Shown one piece after another: positions 1 through 7,858 of a DNA stretch of 64,000 nucleotides. Every line of letters begins with the position of its first letter. Position 1 is the first letter of the stretch. A model generated the notes under the pieces. It had not been told where the DNA came from. It searched no databases and worked only from the letters and a program-made list of their open reading frames with translations. The stretch spans positions 12,373 through 76,372 of the forward strand of contig JAKJBW010000001.1 of assembly GCA_022706785.1 (NCBI GenBank). The letters run 5' to 3'. The translations under genes were made by a program, and so were the position numbers. Source of the DNA: Bacillota bacterium. Its GTDB lineage: Bacteria > Bacillota > Clostridia > UBA1381 > UMGS1253.

Positions 1-1286
1 AATTTTACTCAAAAGAAGAATTAGCCGACCTACATAGTGTTTTGCAATATGCCGCAAATGACAGCAAAACTGCTATGCAGCATTTTGTTACGGGCATCAA
101 CTGTGTTGATACTCTGGCTTATGAGCAAATGACGCTTACCAAACGGCGGTTCGGCAAATCGGGTGGAAACCTTGCTTATCATGCATATCAGAGCTTTAAG
201 CCTGATGAGGTTACGCCAGAGCGGTGTCATGAAATCGGGGTGGAGCTGGCAAAACGTATTTGGGGTGACCGTTATGAGGTTGTTGTTTCCACGCATATTA
301 ATACAACCTGTGTTCACAATCATTTTGTGATAAATTCAGTTTCGTTTGTAGACGGCAAAAAGCTGAACAATAATTACGCTATGTATTTTGGCAATCTTCG
401 CAGAGAGTCGGATAATATCTGCCGGCAGAATGGCTTGTCGGTGATTGAAAATCCGGGTACACCTACGCCGGGGAATATTTATCTGGCCGAACGTGACGGA
501 GAGCCGACACGCTATAATGTTATGCGCGCGGATATTGATGATTGCATCCAGCATTCTATTACCAAAAAACAGTTTGGTTCATATTTGCGGGATCGGGGGT
601 ACGTAATTAATTTTGACGAGAACCGGAAATATTGGACGATTGCTTTTAAGGGTGACAAGCGGGCTACGCGGCTGGAGCGGCTTGGCGAAAACTACTCTAA
701 CGCCGTAATACAGAGCCGGATAGCCAAAAATTTTCTGAACAAGCCTGTTTATTTCACGACGCCCCAGATTAAGCGTTTTCGCATGAAGGGGAGCTTGAAC
801 CGAGCCAAAAAAATCACCGGATTTAGGGCGCTGTATCTTCATTACTGCTATCTTTTGGGCATTATACCAAAGCGAAAAGAGAAAAGAGTTCCTGTTTCGC
901 CCCAAATGCGTATGGAGCTTCGGAAATTTGAGCGGTACAAGGCCGAGATAGTGTTGCTTTTCAGAAATAATATTGACACAATCGAGCAGCTAAACAGCTT
1001 TATAGAACAGAAGAAAGCCGAGATATACAGGTGCGAAGATGAGCGCAGAAAAATTTACAATAAAATGCGGTCTGCGCCACCAGAAAACATTCAGGCGTTG
1101 CGAACAGACAGAGATACAGCTTCCGAGCGGATTAAATTAATCCGGAGGGAGCTTTTTTATTGCCGTGATATTTTGGAAAACAGTGAAAAGCTCAGGGGAA
1201 ATATAGCTCTGGAGCGCACCATACTCTATCACCCCTTAAAACAGCATGAAAAACAGAAAACCAAATTTCGAGAAAGGGAGAGGTAA
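1..1286 (+). CDS. Relaxase / mobilisation nuclease (MobA/VirD2-like), 5' end cut by the window edge
   Basis: The frame stays open from base 3 upstream of the listed TTG at 42. It aligns with the relaxase at 20486 (TKRRFGKSGGNLAYHAYQSF; STHINTTCVHNHFVINSVSF His-cluster block). Confidence 0.85.
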   Translation, partial: FYSKEELADLHSVLQYAANDSKTAMQHFVTGINCVDTLAYEQMTLTKRRFGKSGGNLAYHAYQSFKPDEVTPERCHEIGVELAKRIWGDRYEVVVSTHINTTCVHNHFVINSVSFVDGKKLNNNYAMYFGNLRRESDNICRQNGLSVIENPGTPTPGNIYLAERDGEPTRYNVMRADIDDCIQHSITKKQFGSYLRDRGYVINFDENRKYWTIAFKGDKRATRLERLGENYSNAVIQSRIAKNFLNKPVYFTTPQIKRFRMKGSLNRAKKITGFRALYLHYCYLLGIIPKRKEKRVPVSPQMRMELRKFERYKAEIVLLFRNNIDTIEQLNSFIEQKKAEIYRCEDERRKIYNKMRSAPPENIQALRTDRDTASERIKLIRRELFYCRDILENSEKLRGNIALERTILYHPLKQHEKQKTKFRERER

Positions 1287-1290
1287 CCAT

Positions 1291-1476
1291 ATGGCTAAAA
1301 ATTTTAATATACAATTAGGAAGTATAGATGATTTATTTTCGGCTGAGGAAACCCGACAGGACGCTTTAAAGGAGAAAGTTGAAAACATTAAGCTGTCAAA
1401 GTTATTTGCTTTTGAAAATCATCCCTTTAAGGTTAACCGGGATGATGAGCTGCAAAAGCTGATGGACAGCATTTGA
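1291..1476 (+). pseudogene. ParB-like N-terminal fragment, truncated by an internal deletion
   Basis: MAKNF..LFAFENHPFKVNRDDELQKLMDSI* matches the first ~60 aa of the intact ParB-like gene at 21880 (LAAFENHPFRVTQDADFQKLVDSIKGNG..) and then stops. An SD (AGGGAGAGG) lies before the ATG at 1291. Confidence 0.75.
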
Positions 1477-1479
1477 GCT

Positions 1480-1573
1480 GATCAAGGATGCAAATTTCAA
1501 GGTGGTACGAATCGGCAACACTATCCGTATTTCTAAGAAATCCTTTGATGATTGGCTGGATAGCTCTACATAA
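1480..1573 (+). pseudogene. 3' remnant of an excisionase-type HTH gene, with no start
   Basis: Encodes ..LIKDANFKVVRIGNTIRISKKSFDDWLDSST*, matching the C-terminus of Xis at 22863-23045. The 5' part is missing and it is fused directly to the parB fragment. Confidence 0.75.
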
Positions 1574-1649
1574 ATGAGATTTACACATTTGCAGAAGCGA
1601 ACGCCTATCGTTAAAATTTAATTAGCAAATTATGAAAGGATGAAGCATT

Positions 1650-3029
1650 ATGGCATCAATTATCAAAAGGAAAAAGGCGTATTCCGTAGTTTACAATTAT
1701 CAGGACGAAACCGGAGAGACAAGACAAAAGTGGGAAACATGTTATTCTCATAAGGAGGCTCTAAAACGCAAAGCCGAGATTGAGAACCAACAGCATGAAG
1801 GAACCTTTATTCCGCCAAGCAATCAATCAATAAGCGAATTTATGAAGGATTTCATTTCGTTATACGGTGAAAAAAAGTGGGGTGTTTCTACTTATGAAGC
1901 TAATGTTGGAATAACAGCCAATTATATCAACCCAATAATTGGTCACCTTGAAGTACAAAATATTACACCGAGGGTTGCCGACAAGTACATTCAAACACTG
2001 CAAAAAACACCTCCGGCAGCAACGAGAAGTCGAAAATCACCAACTACATTCTTATCTCCGCAAATGATTGATAAAATTATTTCTTTGCTAAAATGTGCGT
2101 TTAAGCAGGCTGTCCGTTGGGAAATGATTGGAAGAAATCCATTTGAAAATGCAGTTCTTCCTAAAGTTGAGTATAAACATCGGGATATCTGGACAGCAGA
2201 GATGATACGTAAGGCTTTGGATATGTGTACAGACAGCAAACTCTATATAGCGATGAATTTAGCATTTGCTTGCTCTCTGCGTATTGGTGAGGTGCTTGGA
2301 TTGACATGGGATAACTTGCATATTTCGGATGAAGACATTTCTCGCGATGATGCATATATTCAAGTTGAAAAAGAACTGACACGGGCTACAAAGCGTGCGC
2401 TGGATGCACTTGATAACAAAGATGTTATTCAAATTTTCAAACCATTGATGGCGAATACCCATACACGGCTTATACTAAAAAGACCAAAAACGGTAAGCAG
2501 CATTCGCAAGATCTGGCTTCCTAAAACAGTTGCATATATTATTCGCGAGTGGAAACAGTCACAGGACGAATTAAAGTCATTTCTTGGTGATGAATATGAA
2601 GATTATAATTTGGTCATTGCTTTACCCAATGGGCGACCTTGCGAAAACAGAGTAATTGAAAAAGCCTTTTTGGAATTAAAAGACGAAGCAGAACTGCCTG
2701 ATGTTGTATTCCACAGTTTGCGTCACTCCAGTACAACTTATAAACTCAAGCTTAATCATGGTGACTTGAAAGCAACACAGGGCGATACGGGACACGCTGA
2801 AATTGACATGATTACAAAGGTATATGCACACATTCTTGATGAGGACAGAAAAGTAAATGCACAAAAATTCGAAGCTGCATTTTACACCATGAAAAATCCT
2901 GATCTGAGAAATGTTACTCCGCCACAGGAACAAAATCCGCTTGATTTAGCAACGCTTATTGAACAACTGCAAAAATCACCAGAACTTGCACAGACATTAG
3001 CTAATTTAATTCAAGGAAAAAATAATTAA
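1650..3029 (+). CDS. Tyrosine recombinase / integrase (int1)
   Basis: 459 aa. C-terminal catalytic block VVFHSLRHSSTTYKL..GHAEIDMITKVYAHI (R..HxxR..Y). Paralogous to int2 at 23128 along its full length. Confidence 0.9.
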   Translation: MASIIKRKKAYSVVYNYQDETGETRQKWETCYSHKEALKRKAEIENQQHEGTFIPPSNQSISEFMKDFISLYGEKKWGVSTYEANVGITANYINPIIGHLEVQNITPRVADKYIQTLQKTPPAATRSRKSPTTFLSPQMIDKIISLLKCAFKQAVRWEMIGRNPFENAVLPKVEYKHRDIWTAEMIRKALDMCTDSKLYIAMNLAFACSLRIGEVLGLTWDNLHISDEDISRDDAYIQVEKELTRATKRALDALDNKDVIQIFKPLMANTHTRLILKRPKTVSSIRKIWLPKTVAYIIREWKQSQDELKSFLGDEYEDYNLVIALPNGRPCENRVIEKAFLELKDEAELPDVVFHSLRHSSTTYKLKLNHGDLKATQGDTGHAEIDMITKVYAHILDEDRKVNAQKFEAAFYTMKNPDLRNVTPPQEQNPLDLATLIEQLQKSPELAQTLANLIQGKNN

Positions 3030-3041
3030 AATTACAAACAT

Positions 3042-3087
3042 GCTCTTTTGGAAGATAATGAGTTCCAAAAGAGCGTGTTTTTTTTAT
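3042..3087 (+). terminator. Rho-independent terminator after int1
   Basis: GCTCTTTTGGAA-9nt-TTCCAAAAGAGC followed by a T-run. Confidence 0.8.
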
Positions 3088-3170
3088 TATAGAAATAAAT
3101 ATTTTTTCACAATTTTAGTTAGCTAATCAAGAGAAGCGAACAGTGGTAAAATACGGGTCTGAAAATCCCA

Positions 3171-3274
3171 TTAGCAAAAGAGTCGATTTCATTAGCAAAT
3201 TCTAAAAAATTGTTCGACTCCTAATTAGCAGGAATTGAACGGTCTTATTAGCAAAAATCATCGTTTCTTAGCAA
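3171..3274. repeat. Five direct TTAGCA(A/G) heptamers; candidate integrase arm-type sites of IME-1
   Basis: Copies at 3171, 3192, 3225 (TTAGCAG), 3248 and 3268, spaced 20-33 nt, between int1 and the tRNA fragment. The same motif array lies at 25239-25408. Confidence 0.6.
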
Positions 3275-3289
3275 ACTCCAACAGAAATA

Positions 3290-3323
3290 AAAAATGCTAT
3301 AACCCGCATGGTTATAGCATTTT
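3290..3323 (-). terminator. tRNA terminator hairpin (minus strand)
   Basis: AAAATGCTATAAC-7nt-GTTATAGCATTTT directly downstream of the tRNA CCA end. Confidence 0.6.
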
Positions 3324-3326
3324 CAG

Positions 3327-3370
3327 TGGCACCCTCGACAGGGATCGAACCTGTAACTGACCCTTAGGAG
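3327..3370 (-). tRNA. 3' half only of a split tRNA-Arg(CCT): anticodon loop to CCA
   Basis: The reverse complement reads CTCCTAA-GGGTC-AGTT-ACAGG-TTCGATC-CCTGT-CGAGGGT-G-CCA. No D-arm or 5' acceptor follows. It complements the 5' half at 25586-25626. Confidence 0.8.
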
Positions 3371-3382
3371 AACTAAACATGC

Positions 3383-3531
3383 GATTTTAGGCTGTTTCGG
3401 CTTGTCGCTGATAATCACCGTAAAGCGTTGATATTAATGGATTTGCGGACGATTTGCTTCCCATTTTGTCACGGTTAAAACCGAGTGATTTTAGGCTGTT
3501 TTTGAATGTCAAATTAGCAAGGAATTAGCAA
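3383..3531. repeat. Left-arm motifs of IME-2
   Basis: GATTTTAGGCTGTTT occurs twice (3383-3397, 3487-3501) and TTAGCAA twice (3514-3520, 3525-3531), just inside the left junction. Confidence 0.55.
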
Positions 3532-3539
3532 GAACGCGG

Positions 3540-4724
3540 TTAGTATATCTCCGACATTAAAAAGTCTTTGATGTGAAAGTGCTTTATACCGTCTTGACTC
3601 ATATCAACAGCATCCATTGTAACCACAAATTTCGGAAAGTTGTCTTCAATTTTTTTAAGATTTCCAAACTCTCGTTCCTGTGTGGATTTGCTTGACATCA
3701 CATAGGCAACTTGAACATAGATTGTTTCTTTGTTTTTAACCCCGATAAAATCCACTTCTTTACCGCCGAGCGTTCCGACCGTGACAGTATATCCTCTGCG
3801 AAGCAGCTCAAGGCAAACAAGGTTTTCTAAAATCTTTTCAATGTCTTTCATGTTGTCGCCGTAAACGGCTTCTCGCAGACCGTGGTCAACGACGAAATAC
3901 TTCTCTGCAACATCAAGCAACTCTTTCCCTTGAATATCCTGTCGTTTGAGCCGATAGAACAGATACGCCTCTTCACAATATTTGAGATAGTTGAGAATGG
4001 TGTCGGTGCTGACCTTTCGACGCTCGTTTTTGAAATACTTTGCAATTGAAGTAGCTGAAAAGGTTGTTCCCACATTGGCAAGCACATAGGTGATAATTCG
4101 TTCGAGCAAATCAACATCACGAATATTATTGCGCTTGACCACATCTTTCAGAACAACCGAGTTATAGACATCTTCGAGATAGAGGGCTATCGCGTTTTCA
4201 TCGCCGATGATATTATTGATAAAGGGCATCCCGCCGTTTTTCAAGTAGTCATCAAAAGTTTTATCCTCGTTGAGTTCTAAAAACTCCTTGAACGACAGAG
4301 GGTATATCACAAATTGAACATATCTACCTGAAATCAATGTTGCAAGTTCACCCGACAGTAGTTTAGCGTTTGAGCCTGTGATATAGATGTCGGCATCAAA
4401 GTCAACACGGAATGAATTGACCACTTCTTCCCAGTTGTCCACTTCTTGAATCTCGTCAAAAAACAGATACCATTTATCTTTGCTGCCCGCAACCTTATTT
4501 AAGACATAATTATACAAGGCATCGTTCTTTTTAAATTTAGCGTTCTTCTTGCTCTCAAAGTTTAGGTAAATGCTGTGTTCGGGCTTGTTTATCTCATCGC
4601 AGATAAGCCCCAGCAGAACCGACTTCCCACTGCGGCGCAGTCCTGTAATGACTTTAACAACATCCTTGCCGATAAACGGACGGATTTGATTCAGATACAA
4701 GTCGCGTTTAATCATAATCATCAA
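3540..4724 (-). CDS. AAA+ ATPase of the AAA_14/DUF4143-like type
   Basis: P-loop GLRRSGKS near the N-terminus, Walker B-like LFFDEIQ, and a C-terminal block EVDFIGV..IYVQVAY resembling a degenerate PD-(D/E)xK tail. The SD AAGGAG favours the ATG at 4721 or 4715. Confidence 0.7.
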   Translation of the reverse strand: MMIMIKRDLYLNQIRPFIGKDVVKVITGLRRSGKSVLLGLICDEINKPEHSIYLNFESKKNAKFKKNDALYNYVLNKVAGSKDKWYLFFDEIQEVDNWEEVVNSFRVDFDADIYITGSNAKLLSGELATLISGRYVQFVIYPLSFKEFLELNEDKTFDDYLKNGGMPFINNIIGDENAIALYLEDVYNSVVLKDVVKRNNIRDVDLLERIITYVLANVGTTFSATSIAKYFKNERRKVSTDTILNYLKYCEEAYLFYRLKRQDIQGKELLDVAEKYFVVDHGLREAVYGDNMKDIEKILENLVCLELLRRGYTVTVGTLGGKEVDFIGVKNKETIYVQVAYVMSSKSTQEREFGNLKKIEDNFPKFVVTMDAVDMSQDGIKHFHIKDFLMSEIY

Positions 4725-4750
4725 CTCCTTTACCTCAAAAGAATATCACA

Positions 4751-4819
4751 TTATACTCGATAACGCAAGCTTTATTTGAATTATTATCGAGTATAGTCGA
4801 TAATAATACCGTTATACTC
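4751..4819. promoter_or_regulatory. Operator-like array of a ~12-bp motif upstream of the ATPase gene
   Basis: TTATACTCGATAA at 4751, its inverted copy TTATCGAGTATA at 4784, TATAGTCGATAAT at 4793, and TTATACTC at 4812. Confidence 0.35.
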
Positions 4820-4894
4820 TTGCTCATCTACTGTAAACGACGGTGATTTTTACACGTAAAGCAAGAGGAAATTACTGTTTAGCTTGACGCACCA

Positions 4895-5158
4895 TTATTT
4901 ATGACCTCCGCTTTCATTCTCAACTGATGAAATCACAAATTCCGGCAGATGCTTGTATAGCATATTCTCGTTTTTCACTTCAAAGTCATAAGTATATCCA
5001 GCATTTTTCAGACTAAAACATTCCGCATCTTCACCATATCTGTAGTCAACGACAAGAATCGTACCAATATGGATTTTGCCGTCAAACTCAAAGCGGTGGG
5101 CTCCTTTTTCATTGAATTGTTTAATAAAACAATCAACCGTCTCACAATTGGCTTTCAA
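4895..5158 (-). CDS. Hypothetical 87-aa protein trailing the helicase gene
   Basis: ORF only. TTG start, weak SD, 16 nt downstream of the helicase stop. No recognisable motif. Confidence 0.35.
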   Translation of the reverse strand: MKANCETVDCFIKQFNEKGAHRFEFDGKIHIGTILVVDYRYGEDAECFSLKNAGYTYDFEVKNENMLYKHLPEFVISSVENESGGHK

Positions 5159-5174
5159 AATAGAAACTCAACTC

Positions 5175-7856
5175 TTATATGTCGCCTTCTTCGGCTGGGT
5201 CTGCTTTTATAATGTTTCTTAGATTTTTTTCGATTCTCTCCATTTCGTCTTTATGCTTTGTGATTTCTTGCAACTTGGAAAAATCAGTTATTACATATTT
5301 TCCTTCGGAGTTCACTTCGTACAAACTATTTGTATAGATTTCTTTTGCGACCTCGCGATTCACACCCATTTTTTGAAAAATGATAATAATATCGTTCATT
5401 GTTCCGTAGTCGATATAATCTGCAATCGTGTTTTCGGGGACATCGGTTTTCAATCCCCTATACAGTTTAACAAACTTAGTTATATAATTGCTTAAACTAA
5501 ATTTTAGCTCGTTTTCAATCTCGTCCATAACTTCCATTATGACATAGTTCTTCGCAACATCGGAATCTTTCCTATACGGCTTTTTTACCCTCTCATACTT
5601 ATCCCAGTATTCCCCATTTTTTTCATACCCGAACATTCTGCCAAAGATTATTTTTGAAAGCCTTTGCCCAGCAATCCAGCGCGAGGTTAATCTCGCATAA
5701 TGGCTTAGGGACTCGGTTTTCTTTTCAACATTACCTATTTGGTCTTTCCTTTCAAATACATCCCAACTGAAAACGTCATAGAGCTTAATGTAAAAATCGA
5801 AAATTTCAGCTGAGTTGCTTTCTATTGCCTGTTTTACTCTTTCTGAGGGCTCGTCATCTACTATATCTTCAATATGAACAATCTTTGGCAAACTAATCTT
5901 GTCAGTTGATATTTCTTCCTTGATTTTATTTACAATTTCGGGAGCAAAACGAATATCGAGAATATCCGCGCTATCAATCTCAATCAGCTCTTTACTTAAT
6001 TGCTCTTTTTCAATCAATGCCGCATAATGCTTATAAATAGGAGAGTTCTTGTCTGAACTTTTTAAGGCAATAGCAAGAACATTGCGATACATTACAAACT
6101 TTGCCAAATCGTCATAACTTTCGCTCTTTTTTTTATTAAAAACGAAGTTCCGGTTAAACAGACTTGTTACAATTTCTCGTTTGCGCCCATCCACCTCTGG
6201 CAACAATTTGTTTGACGATAATATCTGAGAAAAGTGTTTATGATACTCACCAACACTGTCTTGGCTGCAAATATTCAATAAAAAAGCATTGCCCCACAAA
6301 TTATAGCGGATTCTGCCTGCCCTGCCCATCAAGTTTTTAAGCTCTAATGTACTTAGTGTTGAAGTTCCTTTTTTATGTGACAAAACAAAAACATTGACGG
6401 CTGGAAGATTTACCCCCTCCAATAGCGTCGAAGTGCAAAATACTATATCTATTTTCCCGTTTTTTATGAGGTCTTCAACCGACCGCCTAATCTCCGCAGG
6501 CATTATGCCCATATGAAAAGCCACGCCCTTTTTAAGAAGCGGGATTAGGTAATAATCAGCATTGACATCTGATTTTATCTTTTTTATCAACTCATCGACA
6601 TCGCTATCCGAAGGCTTGTCCAATAGATTTTCGGCGTATTGACGGGCGTATTCTACTGCATCTGCCTTAGACTTGCAATATACGATTGTCGCTCCCCTTT
6701 TTGTCTGCTCACAAACAATATCTTTCCAATCCTTTTTAATGCAGGCAATAGAAATAATTGTTTTTTCCAAATTGTTATATATTTCGATATTTCCTGTTAA
6801 CGAATCAATAATGAATTGCTTTTGCGATACAGGTGAAAAATCGAAAGCATCCGACCTCGCTATTTCTTGACGATTTTCCTTATACGGGTTTGAAATCAAG
6901 TTCAATAGTTCCTCCGGGTTTTTGGCATACGGTGAAGAAAAAAATACTTTGGCAAGCCGCATTTCCGTGTTCACTTTTTCTAAAATTTTATAGTAATAGG
7001 GCGTCCTACTATCGTTCTCGAAAATCTTCTGCGCCTCGTCAATAAACAAATAGTCGATTTTGGGAACAATCCCATCATTGAACGCTTGTAACAATCTTTC
7101 GGGCGTAAATATCAAAATCTTTTTTTGGCTTCTAAAAAAATGAATTTGGTCAGGAATTGTAATGATTACATAGTTATTACCTTTGAGTTCTCTCTCGTAT
7201 TTGTCCGTCAAATCGTTTTCGATTTCATTTATCAATGCCTTGGTCGGTAAAACCATTACTATACAATCGGTTTCAACTTCTTCAAGTTTTTGAGACAAAA
7301 AATTTCTGATAATATATGTTTTTCCCATTGATGTCGGCGCGGAAAAACTATAAAATTGCATATTACATAGATTTCTAAAAGCCTCTTTTTGTGCATCGGA
7401 AAAGTATTCTGTTTCGTTGTTGGGGACTTTGTTTATCATTTTATCGACTTCTTCAGACAACAACGACAAAAAATCCTCTGACAGCTCCGCTCCGCCCATA
7501 TCTACTTTTTCAAGCCCAGCGTAATTTGATGCGTTTTTAAGAACTATTTTTTGCACGGCGGAAATGTGCAACTTTGCTTCTTCGTTGTCTTCAAAGACAA
7601 ACGATAGCATAATCACAATTTCTTGTGCCAAGTTGCGGTGGAAACTAATTTTATTTGTTACATTTGATTTTGAGAATAAATCTGCATATCGAAGAAGGTC
7701 TTTTATTTCTTGTTGTGTAATTAAATTTACGGGACTAACCGCAAAGGTTCTTGCACCGTAATTTTCTAACAGTTTCGTGTAGAGCGAGCGAAAATAGGCG
7801 TGCTGTTCTGCCGCCGCCAAAATAATATCTCCTTTTGTTATCCTAAATGCGCTCAT
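5175..7856 (-). CDS. hamB: SF2 (Ski2/DEAD-like) helicase, Hachiman HamB-like
   Basis: Motif I APTSMGKT (aa 173-180), II DEAQ (273-276), V TSTLLEGVNLPA, VI GRAGR (511-515), plus a ~330-aa C-terminal extension. It starts 2 nt after the upstream nuclease-like gene. Confidence 0.6.
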   Translation of the reverse strand: MSAFRITKGDIILAAAEQHAYFRSLYTKLLENYGARTFAVSPVNLITQQEIKDLLRYADLFSKSNVTNKISFHRNLAQEIVIMLSFVFEDNEEAKLHISAVQKIVLKNASNYAGLEKVDMGGAELSEDFLSLLSEEVDKMINKVPNNETEYFSDAQKEAFRNLCNMQFYSFSAPTSMGKTYIIRNFLSQKLEEVETDCIVMVLPTKALINEIENDLTDKYERELKGNNYVIITIPDQIHFFRSQKKILIFTPERLLQAFNDGIVPKIDYLFIDEAQKIFENDSRTPYYYKILEKVNTEMRLAKVFFSSPYAKNPEELLNLISNPYKENRQEIARSDAFDFSPVSQKQFIIDSLTGNIEIYNNLEKTIISIACIKKDWKDIVCEQTKRGATIVYCKSKADAVEYARQYAENLLDKPSDSDVDELIKKIKSDVNADYYLIPLLKKGVAFHMGIMPAEIRRSVEDLIKNGKIDIVFCTSTLLEGVNLPAVNVFVLSHKKGTSTLSTLELKNLMGRAGRIRYNLWGNAFLLNICSQDSVGEYHKHFSQILSSNKLLPEVDGRKREIVTSLFNRNFVFNKKKSESYDDLAKFVMYRNVLAIALKSSDKNSPIYKHYAALIEKEQLSKELIEIDSADILDIRFAPEIVNKIKEEISTDKISLPKIVHIEDIVDDEPSERVKQAIESNSAEIFDFYIKLYDVFSWDVFERKDQIGNVEKKTESLSHYARLTSRWIAGQRLSKIIFGRMFGYEKNGEYWDKYERVKKPYRKDSDVAKNYVIMEVMDEIENELKFSLSNYITKFVKLYRGLKTDVPENTIADYIDYGTMNDIIIIFQKMGVNREVAKEIYTNSLYEVNSEGKYVITDFSKLQEITKHKDEMERIEKNLRNIIKADPAEEGDI

Positions 7857-7858
7857 AA

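Larger units (their letters stand above)
1..3370. mobile_element. IME-1 body: integrative mobilisable element, left end outside the window; its distal tRNA/att segment continues at about 25596-25660
   Basis: Same module order as the second element (relaxase, ParB-like, Xis, integrase, TTAGCAA repeats, terminator, tRNA 3' half). AT-rich. Confidence 0.6.

Noticed and set aside
1246-1290. Upstream start for the ParB fragment ORF
   Set aside because: The first 15 codons overlap the relaxase 3' end. An SD and ATG at 1291 match the position expected from the intact paralogue.
3171-3531. Possible CRISPR-like array (also at 25239-25408)
   Set aside because: The repeat unit is only 7 bp, spacing is irregular (20-33 nt), some copies are inverted, and no cas genes are present. 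It fits integrase arm sites, not CRISPR.
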